Shown here in pieces: positions 1 through 9,601 of a stretch of DNA of 33,911 bases. This DNA is from Nemertoderma westbladi (taxonomy: Eukaryota; Animalia; Xenacoelomorpha). The notes under the pieces were generated by a model. That model saw only the letters and a program-made list of their open reading frames with translations, was not told where the DNA came from and did not search any database. The first letter of the stretch is position 1. Each line of letters starts with the position of its first letter. The DNA lies in the NCBI GenBank assembly GCA_032718475.1, contig JAUCBJ010000308.1, positions 1-33,911 on the forward strand, read 5' to 3'. A program made the translations under genes and the position numbers.

Positions 1-312
1 ATACTTGTAGTGGGTTGAGTTTGATGTTGTTTACTCTCGATTTTCGTCGATGCCTATTTATAACAACTGGAACAAAAGCCATAACATTACCGGTACAGAG
101 CAAACTGCATTTTGTTTAATTACTTAAGATAGATAGATAAGGTAGCCAGATAAGGTACCTCCCATGGTTACTTAAGTTTTCCCTTAAATGTGAAACTTTA
201 AATGGCCATTTAACTTTTGAGAAACTGCAAATAAATTTAAGGGGGCACTTAGAAACAAAACACTTAGTTTAAGTGCGCAATTTAAGTTAAGTGAGTTATG
301 AGAAACCGGGCC
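1..312. mobile_element. Right part of a non-autonomous TIR element (Harbinger-like terminus), cut by the window edge
   Basis: Ends in GAGAAACCGGGCC (300-312), the reverse complement of GGCCCGGTTTCTC at 323-335; positions ~5-238 recur, diverged, at ~4658-4878. Confidence 0.6.
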
Positions 313-322
313 ACTGGCCATA

Positions 323-534
323 GGCCCGGTTTCTCAAACTAAGTGCCCACTTATCCTAAAATGGCCACTTAATAATTTTAAATACCCACTTTGTTTAATG
401 GCTATTTAGTTTACGTTAAGTGTTGTTTCTCATAAAAAGATAACGAGCACTTAACTAAAGTGGCCACTTTAATAATTTAAGGTAAAATTTATCCTAAACT
501 GAAAGTTTAGTTCAGTAGTTACCGGACCGGTAGC
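323..534. mobile_element. Left end of a second element with the same TIR, followed by the MITE at 539
   Basis: Starts with GGCCCGGTTTCTCA and has internal GGCCACTT/CACTTA subrepeats like those in 1-312; no right end located. Confidence 0.5.
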
Positions 535-538
535 TTAA

Positions 539-885
539 GGCCTGTTTAGACGTGGCAACTTTTAGAGCAACTTTCTCGGCAACTTGTAGAGCAACCCAGG
601 TTGCCGATCAAGTTGCTCCGTGTAAACACGTAAAAAAGTTGCTGTAAAAGTTGCTCAACTTTTACGGCAACTTAAAGGAATTTGCGTTGACGAATAATCA
701 AATTAAATTATCAAAAACTAGCTAGTAGATAAAATGACCCACTATTTTACAGTCAAACTAGCCAAGTTACTCTAAAAGTTGCTGGTAAAGTTGCCACGTG
801 TAAACAGCAATTAAATTAAGTTGCTCCAAAAAAGTTGCTAGTTGCTGAGAAAGTTGCTCTAAAAGTTACCACGTGTAAACAGGCC
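539..885. mobile_element. MITE with long TIRs flanked by TTAA (Kolobok/Harbinger-like; superfamily uncertain)
   Basis: GGCCTGTTTAGACGTGGCAACTTTTAGAGCAACTTTCTC ... GAGAAAGTTGCTCTAAAAGTTACCACGTGTAAACAGGCC; TTAA at 535-538 and 886-889; many GCAACT/AGTTGC subrepeats. Confidence 0.85.
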
Positions 886-1280
886 TTAAACAGTTCAATC
901 AGTTAAATATGATCATATGTGAATGGAAGATCAATTTAATTTATTTTTATTACGTCTGAGCAAAGGGTGAGAACAAAACAAAACCCACGACTTTAAATAA
1001 TAATAAATAATTTAAATAATAATAATTATTATTATTAAATAATTAAATAATTTTAGCTAGCTAGACCAAGAATAATAGCTACCATAAAAAATCTAAATAT
1101 TTTTGCCACGGGATGTTCTAGAACATTAATTATGTCAAAATCTGCAAAACAATAGCTACAGTAGTAAAAAAAATTGAAAATGAATACGGATCTACGGTTA
1201 TCTTCCCAATCTTATACAGACGATTTAAAATGCCCTGTAGTGGCTCAGTAGAACTCAATAAAATTCAGTATCGTTATACT

Positions 1281-3499
1281 GGTAAACTGGAATAACAGCC
1301 ACTGGAAAAACAGCCACTGGGTTTGCTGGAAAAACAGCCAGTCAAAGTTCCAAAGTTGTTTAATTTTGCTGGAAAAACAGCCACTGTGAAAACTGGAATA
1401 ACAGCCACTGGAAAAACAGCCAGTGGGTTTGCTGGAAAAACAGCCATTCAAAATTACCGCTCATATAATTATGTGTGTTCATTACATATAATTATGTGTG
1501 TTAATTAATTATTATCTGTAACAGGGTTTACAGTACCTACTGTATACTTGATGCCACTGTTGCTACTACTGTACCTACTACAGTGTAATATATATTAACG
1601 AAATCGTTAGAGCCGTTTTTAAGCTATTTTGCTTGAAATAATATTACTATTACAACAAATTTTTACAGAAAGTAACCTCCAGTTCCTAATAAAATATATG
1701 TAAAATGTAGTATTGTGTGCTGACCAAGGCGTCCTAAATAATGGTACTTACCTACAGCAGTACAGTACCTGCTCTGTCTAGGCCGCCTCTGCGCATTATG
1801 CATTACTGCTAGCAGTACCCGTATTCGTACAATCTATACTGTATTCAAGATGACCACGTACAAAACTAACAAAGAAAAGGAGTGTTTCGAGCATAACGGA
1901 TATTCATACCGTTTGTGCAATCCTAGTGCTCCTGTGAATCCTGTGTCATTGAACAAATCTTGGCGTTGTCGCCAAACCGGTTGCAAGGGTCGATTGTGGA
2001 CTGACGATCAGAACAATTATCGCGAAATTCGGAGTGAGCACGGCGAAAACTGTGCGCCTCAACCCGAGCGTCGATTAGTTGAAAAAACGCGATGTGTAAT
2101 AAAAGATCAAGCAAAGAAGATTTTTCGGCCAATGCCTGCTATTTACCGTGAAAATTTACCGCTGCTGGGCAGCTTCCTGCTTTGCGTCGCATGGAATCAA
2201 GTTTGTACAAAGCTAGAAAGAGTCCGTTTCCTCACGTTCCTCAGACATTGGAAGAGTTTGCAACTGCGATCAACAAACCTCCCGATGATCCCGAATCCTT
2301 CCCTGACCAGCTTCGACGCACAATCTCTGGACATTTTAATGGTGGCAGGTGCCAGCCGATGGTGTACATTCTCATGATGCACAAGGATCGCAAATCATAC
2401 GTCAGAATTTTACGCATTCTAAAAGATCATGCAGCAGAAATACAACTGCAGTTCAATCCAGCGAGAATATCAATTGACTTTGAAACTGGACTTATTCCTG
2501 CTCTGCTTGCAGAGTTACCAGCTTCCCAAATCTGCGGATGCCACTTCCATATGTGTCAGGCTATTTACCGTAAGATACAGGAACTCGGTTTGGCTGTCGC
2601 ATATGCCGACCCCGACCAAAATGTACCTCGTTTGGTTGTTCGCTGCTTGATGGCCGTTGTGTTTCTGCCACCACAAGACATTGACGCTGGCTTTCAGCAA
2701 CTCATCGAGTTTGCTCCGCCCATCATATTCGACCAACTGTTCCAGTATTTCGAAGGTCAGTGGCTAAACAATGAGTATGCACGTATGCATGGCCGCAGAC
2801 GGCGCACAAACAATAATGTAGAAGGATGGCATTCTGCTATGACCAAGGCTATCGCAAAGAATCATCCAAATTCCTATGAGTTTCTTTCATTTATTCGTCT
2901 GGAGCAAGGCCGGGTGGAGACGGAGTTGCAGCAGATTCAACAAGGACAGCAGGTGAATCGCCGAAATGCGAAATACGAAAAAATCAATCGTGCTATTACT
3001 GTCCTCACGCAGCGCTATGCTGATGTGCCTGATTTCATTGCCCTGGATTTCTGCCGCCAAATGTCCGTTCTATTCAGTAACCCTCTCAATATTGCTTTGT
3101 AACTGTAAATGCAATTAACATGGATTTAAAACTAATAATAGTTGGTCTTATTCTTAAAACTGTTTGGCTTTTCGGAATATACAGTTATTCGGAATATACG
3201 GAATATACAGTAATATCAATAATGGTAGCTGTTCAATAATGAATAATATTATGATGAATGGTAATAATGAATAATGAGCTGTTTATAATGATAATAACTG
3301 TTTTGTGAGAGCTAATCAAAGTGGCTGTTTTTCCAGCATAAACGACAGTGGCTGTTTTTCCAGCATAATTGGCAGTGGCTGTTTTTCCAGCATAATTGGC
3401 AGTGGCTGTTTTTCCAGCATAAGTGGCAGTGGCTGTTATTCCAGTTTTGATTCATTTTGACATTGGCTGTTATTCCAGTGGCTGTTTTTCCAGTAAACC
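1281..3499 (+). mobile_element. Mutator-like (MULE) DNA transposon with modular TIRs, defective
   Basis: TIRs built from ACTGGAAAAACAGCC subrepeats (1281-~1445, inverted at ~3320-3499); flanking direct repeat GTTATACT (1273-1280 / 3500-3507), extendable to CGTTATACTG; internal transposase remnant. Confidence 0.9.
1850..3102 (+). pseudogene. FLYWCH-domain MULE transposase, frameshifted and internally deleted
   Basis: N-terminal FLYWCH-like motif (NGYSY..WRCRQTGCKGRL..EH); frameshift at ~2160-2180; MULE motifs DFETGLIPAL, GCHFHMCQAI and RTNNNVEGWH. The first catalytic DGTF segment is absent between RRTISG and PMVYILM. Confidence 0.88.
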
Positions 3500-3537
3500 G
3501 TTATACTGTATACTTGTACCGGGTAGGAGCATGTATA

Positions 3538-4440
3538 ACATGTTGTCGATTTGGCCTTAAAAAAAGAGGCCAGTTTTTTTTTACACTATTTTGATATTTT
3601 TATATGGGGAGAGTTCTATAAATTTTCATTTGCTGCAATTTGGTGAACGGACGTAATTGAAGTCTCTTCGTTAAGCACGATACTAAATTTTATGGTACAG
3701 TAGCTAGAGTTTTAGGTAGGTTTAGCTAGTAATTTCAACACTGATTCCGAAAACCTACTTCCCTCTATAAATATTTTGTAGTAGGTAGATTTGATTACTA
3801 TTTGTTGTATAGAAAATGCCCCAGAACATGTTAGCTATTCATTTAAAAAAAATCACGTTCTAAACGAATATTTTTGGTTCTAGAACATTTTTTAGAAAAA
3901 AATATAGATTCTATTTAAAACGCATGGAACCGTTCCAAAACAAAACGTGTTTAAAATCAATAAAAAAAAATTTTTTTTTTCAAAATATTTTATTCACAAT
4001 ATTTTTTTTTACAATTTATTTTATTGATTTTAAACACGTTTTGTTTTAGAACGATTCCATGCGTTTTAAATAGAATCCAGATTTTTTTCTAAAAAATGTT
4101 CTAGAACAAAAAATATTTGTTCTAAAACATAACTTTTTAAAAAATGAATAGTTAACATTTTCTGGAACATTTTCTATACAAATAGTAATAAGAACTAGCT
4201 ACTACAAAATATTTATAGAGGGAAGTAGGATGTCGGAACCAGTGTTGAAATTACTAGGTACACCTATCTAAAACACTAGCTACCATAAAATTTAGTATCT
4301 TGCTTAACGAAGAGACTTCAATTACGTCCGTTGACAAAATTGCAGCAAATGAAAATTTATAGAACTCTCCCCATATCAAAATATCCAAATAGTGTAAAGA
4401 AAAACTGGCCTCTTTTTTTAAGGCCAATTCGACAACATGT
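3538..4440. mobile_element. ~900-bp near-palindromic foldback MITE flanked by TA
   Basis: ACATGTTGTCGATTTGGCCTTAAAAAAAGAGGCCAG... pairs with ...CTGGCCTCTTTTTTTAAGGCCAATTCGACAACATGT; the arms stay complementary to a centre at ~3960-4020; TA at 3536-3537 and 4441-4442. Confidence 0.88.
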
Positions 4441-4657
4441 TAGGCCGTATATATAGTAGGCCATGGTAGGAGTCAATGGCGCAAAATGGAACAAAATAAA
4501 TTTGAAAATAAATTCAAAAATAACATTGAGGGAAAGGAGCAGGTTACAGAGACGGTGTTTTCTAACCAACACAATAAACTATACATTATTTCATTTGCGG
4601 CCAATTTGCGCTTAAGATCACTATTTTCAATTACGGTCAATGTGCGCCACGATCAGA

Positions 4658-4878
4658 CTTGTAGTGGATTGAGTTTGATGTTATTTACTCTCGATTTTCG
4701 TCAATGCCTATTTATAACTACTGGAACAACAGCCATAACATTACCGGCACAAAGCAAACTGAATTTTTTTATTTACTTAACTGGCATGATAAGGTACCTC
4801 CCAGGGTTACTTAAGTTCTCCCTTAAATGTGAAATTTTAAATGGTCATTTAACTTTTGAGAAACTGCAAATAAATATA
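4658..4878 (+). repeat. Diverged second copy of the repeat at 5-238
   Basis: CTTGTAGTGG(G/A)TTGAGTTTGATGTT...GAGAAACTGCAAATAAAT is shared with the start of the window. Confidence 0.8.
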
Positions 4879-5329
4879 ATGAGAAGTTGCGGTCTGAGAT
4901 ATTAGCCAATTAAAGTATTACTAACAGCCATTTCCCTTTGAACTACTGTACAGTAGGTAAACAAGATTGAGCCAATGAGAACACAACATTCCCGCCCCAG
5001 TCCACCGTTTGTAGGTATCTACAAAATTAGCGGACTATACGATATAATACAGTACCAGAAATTATATCTCTGGTACTGTATGAGTGTGTATCATGCACTC
5101 TGTTGAATTTTTGTTTTGCAAATATTTTTTCATACCTATTTTTTTAATCATTTCACCTATTTTTTTTATTTTTTTTACCTATTTTTTTTATTGTTTTTTT
5201 TACCTATTTTTTAAAAAATCATTTTACCTATTTTTTATGGGGTTACCGTGCTGCCGTGTAGGCTACCGAGGACAGGCCTACCATGTTTGTATAGTACAGT
5301 AGTACTGCAATACACCAATAAGTACCAGT

Positions 5330-5687
5330 GTGTTGGTTGGCAAGCTGTATTTATCGAGGTGTTTGTTATTATACATTTATTATAGGAAGGGATCTAGGGG
5401 CCTAGTGGTTGTAGTCTCGGCTTCCACCTCGAGGTCCCAGGTTCGAATCCGACACCACGCTGATGAGACCCAGTAAGGTCGAAACGCGTACGTGGTTTGG
5501 AGAGATATGAGATATTAATTTCAAGAAAAATTACGCGGTTCCTAAATTTGTACACTACCCGGTTAAAAAGTACGCATGTGATGGGATTAGTCCTACAATT
5601 GCGCCAATAAAAGATAAGTTATTTTCGGTAAAATAAACTTATCATTCGAGGTTAAGACCCCTAGATCCCTTCCTATAATAAATGTAT
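5330..5687 (+). mobile_element. tRNA-headed, hammerhead-containing SINE/retrozyme-like insertion with 13-bp TSD and 35-bp inverted repeat
   Basis: TSD AATAAGTACCAGT at 5317-5329 and 5688-5700; A-box-like GGCCTAGTGG (~5399-5408); B box GGTTCGAATCC (5440-5450); hammerhead at 5454-5496; perfect inverted repeat 5366-5400 / 5658-5692. Confidence 0.8.
5454..5496 (+). ncRNA. Minimal type I hammerhead ribozyme
   Basis: Helix I ACCACG/CGTGGT; core CTGATGA (5460-5466); helix II GACC/GGTC with loop CAGTAA; GAAAC; vestigial palindromic helix III ACGCGT; GUA cleavage triplet, with the cut predicted after 5490. Confidence 0.9.
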
Positions 5688-5902
5688 AATAAGTACCAGT
5701 ACAGTAATTTAAATCTAACAAGTCAACTCTGCCTAGAACAGTATAAATACTGTGTGTGTTGTGTGTAGGACTGTACTTATGTTTTACTTAACTGTAGCCA
5801 CAAACATTATTTAAGTCCAGTTATATAGCCACAAACATTATTTTAGTATAGTAGATACTAGTTGTAATGTCCCATTTTTTTACTTATTATTATTATTTAT
5901 TT

Positions 5903-6136
5903 ACGTAACCTGCTATTTTCCCTCCAATTGTTAAAGTGATTATTTATTATTTTGGTTAGAAAAAAACCGCCCCTGTAACATGCTCCTTCCTGTCAATTGG
6001 TAAGGTGATCGATTATGATTTTGGTTAGATAAGACTACCGCTATAACCTGCTCCTTTCCCTCAATTTTTAAAGTGATCGTTTATTGTTTTGGTTAGAAAA
6101 AACTCGCCTCTGTAACCTGCTCCTTTCCCTCAATTG
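5903..6136. repeat. ~69-bp diverged tandem subrepeat (about 3.4 copies) of a dispersed repeat family
   Basis: Unit TAACCTGCTCCTTTCCCTCAATT...AAAGTGAT...TTTTGGTTAGA; the reverse complement GGGAAAGGAGCAGGTTACA occurs at ~4530, ~8597 and ~9289. Confidence 0.7.
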
Positions 6137-6399
6137 CCGTAGTTAAAAAAAGTATTTTTTAACTAATTTTAGCTTACTGTACAAGTGACCACCTGCTCAC
6201 ACAATCTTCCGTCTGTACAGTACCGGTACTTGTACATGGTAACACTACAGAACTAAGATCCTACAGAATGGCTGATTTGAATTTCGCTAAATTGAAAATG
6301 AGTGAAAAACGCTGTGTTTTCCGCTTACATTTTTTTTATCGAATATTAGTCCTTTAATTTGCAGTAAAATATACTGAAGTTTACAAGTTTAGTAATTTA

Positions 6400-6892
6400 G
6401 ATTATAAAGTATCCTACATGGAATGTCTTAAAGTATTACAACTTCAGCCACTGGAAGTGCGTCGCATCATATTTGATCTCAAAATTGATTTTTCAATTAT
6501 CAATAATGATGTACTAGACAAAGCAGCAGCTTGGTCTAGTGGTGGCATTACTGGGCTTCCGATTAGGGAGCCCGGGTTCGATCCCTAGATGGGGTAGCAC
6601 TGTTTGGGCACAGTGCTTTAAATGCTGCAGCCTAGCCCAACCCCGGCTTTCATCCTTCAGTGGTCGATAAATGGGAGCCAAGGCAACCTGGGAAACAGAG
6701 TGGAAGGGTTTACTATGGACCATCATCCATGGTGGTGAACAGGCATTCCTTGGCTTAACGAGCCTAAAAGATTCTCCCATTCATAATGATGTACTGTAGA
6801 TTTACTGACGTCTGACTTCTTCACCCTGGCTCCTAGAGCTGGGTTGAGAGGTCATACCCGTAAATTGTTTCATAAGCAATCGCGCTTACTAA
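6400..6892 (+). pseudogene. CR1-group LINE ORF2 C-terminal remnant, interrupted by a SINE
   Basis: Translates as SYMECLKVLQLQPLEVRRIIFDL before the SINE and DFFTLAPRAGLRGHTRKLFHKQSR after it, matching the CR1-type LE.RR...DL and LRGH..KL motifs. Confidence 0.75.
6516..6782 (+). mobile_element. tRNA-derived SINE with Nin-type conserved domain
   Basis: A box TGGTCTAGTGG (6532-6542); B box GGTTCGATCCC (6575-6585); CTTTCATCCTTCAGTGGTCGATAAAT core; 13-bp TSD ATAATGATGTACT (6503-6515 / 6783-6795). Confidence 0.85.
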
Positions 6893-6896
6893 TGTG

Positions 6897-7025
6897 GCGC
6901 CATTCTTGTTCATAATTGTGGTTGACTATGTTCTACGGATGTCCTTAGATCTTCATATAATGATGATGGGGTGATGGTAACTCCAACTTACTGGCTCTAG
7001 AAGTCGAGGAAATCCTGCCAAGTAT
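6897..7025 (+). repeat. Short RTE reverse-transcriptase fragment duplicating ~7328-7453
   Basis: GCGCCATTCTTGTTCATAATTGTGGTTGACTATG...GGAAATCCTGCCAAGTA is near-identical to the downstream copy. Confidence 0.85.
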
Positions 7026-7154
7026 TTAAGATACTGTATTCGCTTGTAGGAGGTAGATTTATGTCTGTGGCTAGCTCATACTGTAAACCACATTGTGTTC
7101 TTTAGAAAGAGCCAGTACCAAACTATTCTGGGTTGATTTGTTCAAACTCTCAAA

Positions 7155-8292
7155 CTTCAGTCTCTCGCTCACGTATGTTCAACATACTTTCATTATATGG
7201 GATTCCTGGTGAAATAATTGCAGCAATCAGATCAGTATACGATGGTTCGACAACATTTGTGTCTACTGTTGATGGTGACACAGAACCATTTGAAGTATTA
7301 TGGGGAGTCCTCAAAGGAGACACACTTGCGCCATTCTTGTTCATAATTGTGGTTGACTATGTTCTACGCATGTCCTTAGATCATCATAATGATGATGGGG
7401 TGATGATAACTCTACCTACTGGCTCTAGAAGTCGAGGAAATCCTGCCAAGTACCTAACTGATCTAGACTTTGCTGATGACTTAGGAGTACTCTCAGAATC
7501 ACTAGAGGGAGCCCGACGGCTCCTCAGCTCATTGGAACAGGTATTGGAACTAGTATTGGTCTTTTTATTAACTCCAAAAGACCAAAATTTTGACAGTTAA
7601 CTTTGAAAGTCCTCAGCAAGTCTCTGACCGGATGAGCATAAGCTCAAAGGATGGTATGCTTGAGCATGTGGACGGCTTCTGTTACCAAGGATCATGGATC
7701 CGGAAGTCAGGTGAGGACCTTCGAATACGTAAGGGAAAGGAATGGGCAGCCTTGAATAAGCTTTCCAGGATTTAGAAGTCACAGAGAATTAATCGGAAAC
7801 TTAAGGTCCGATTATTTAGAGCAGCAGTAGTTCCAGTACTCCTCTATGGGAATCCATGCTGGGCTCTACTCTAACTGCTGAGGACAACAAATCTTTGGAT
7901 GGCACATTCACAAGAATGCTACGCCGGGTTCATTGTGTCAAGTACAATGCACACATCTCCAACCAGGCACTATATAACATTGGAGGTGTCTCATTGGTTC
8001 CCCCAAGCTTGACACTAGAACAAAATCGCCTCCGCTTTGCAGGACATTGCTTTCACCGTGAGGACCAGCCAGTGCATAATCTTGTACTTTGGCAGCCTCA
8101 TGGAGTGAATAAGCATGGTGGACAGCCCATGACTTTCTTGAGACGCATCTTAAAGGACACTGGCCTGGAAGATGCTGATGATCTAGCAAATGCATGGGTG
8201 ATAGGGAGTTGTGGCGGCGAATTTTGTCGACAAGCCGGCACAGCATTCTTAAAAATGCAGCTGAAATGCAGCATGCCGATCCTAGTAGTAGT
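7155..8292 (+). mobile_element. 5'-truncated, decayed RTE-clade LINE
   Basis: RT motifs GDTLAPFLFIIVVDYVL and DLDFADDL; RTE-type C-terminus LDGTFTRMLR...RLRFAGHC; frameshifts and stops; very short 3' UTR ending in (TAG)n. Confidence 0.88.
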
Positions 8293-9601
8293 TCAAACTA
8301 CTACTATATGATAGGAGGATACGGTTCAAACCTATGAATCTAGTCAAATATGTAGTTTAAATTTTGTCGAGAGATTCGGGGTTTGAGACTGAAAGGATTG
8401 GCCGGATCTCCAGCCAGGGTAACGTATGATACAGTACTATTGGTTGTACCTTTAGTTTGAAGATTTTTATGGCCGCGCAAATATTTGTATGAATTTATGG
8501 ATACAGCGTTCCATCAAGGGTTGGGAGCAATCTTCGCCCACAAGAAATCTTAGCACGCGTCCAATTTTCGCCCACGTCCAACCTTCGCCCGATTGGGGGA
8601 AAGGAGCAGGTTACAGAGACGGTAGGTAACAGATACGCCTTTTTCTAACCAAAACAATAAACAATGTTGTTAACACTCATTTTCACAGCGAAGATTGATC
8701 GCGGGCGACATTTGCTGTGTACCCCATGAAGAAGTCCTTTAATACATACATACAGTAGGTTTTGGTACATGCCTTTGGTTCACATCGTATATAAATTTGT
8801 CGTCTGCACAGATTTCTCAGCGAAATTTCATTACCGCGGTTTTTCTTTAGTTACTTTAGTTCTTTACTTCGATAACATTCTCTTTTGACCAATAATTCGC
8901 TACCGCATCCAGTGCAAGCTGTATAGCCTCTCTTGGGTTAATGTAAAATATATGATTATCCACAAGGAGTAATTAGGCCTACTATTGTTTCACCGGCATT
9001 ATTTAGCCACTGAATCTACTGTACTGTATACATCTGACAATATCCCAGACCTACAGTATAAAATAAATAATAATTGCCTGAGTTAATCACCCTCACCAGG
9101 AGTTGGAGCGCTTATCTTAGATTTCCGAAGTCCGTTGAAAATCGGAATATATCATGAAGTTGGTACTTACACTAGAATCACTTTAATTACAGTTAGTCAA
9201 TATCCTGTACAGTAGGTTACCATTAAATCTCATCTCAAATCCCATCTCGGCGAATTATTATCCCGCCTCAATGTTAAATTCTCAATTTAGGGAAAGGAGC
9301 AGGTTACAATGGTTCGTTATTTTAACAAAACAATAACCTAAACACAGACTTTACTTTTTTAACATTTTTTAATGTTTTTACCTAACTTTTTTTTTACAAT
9401 AGAACAGGTTACAGTTTTATTTTTGAGAGTAATTAGCTGTTATTTGCGTCCAGTTTCCCCTGGAGAGGGATGAGTTTTTATTGCGTCTAGTCCCCCCCCC
9501 CCCCCCCCCCCCCCTATCTGTAGATGGATACTCTGTATCATCAGGATCTGTACCGAAGCCGGGGCCTTAATAAAGTTCCTTATTGCATTAAATGTGGCTC
9601 T

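Noticed and set aside
5048-5081. Hairpin TACAGTACCAGA...TCTGGTACTGTA
   Set aside because: An isolated short palindrome built from TACAGTA/TACTGTA words that are common throughout the window; no function can be supported.
6516-6600. Functional tRNA genes at the A/B-box sites (also 5395, 10706, 13522, 13925, 17670)
   Set aside because: None forms a complete cloverleaf with an acceptor stem; most run into SINE bodies.
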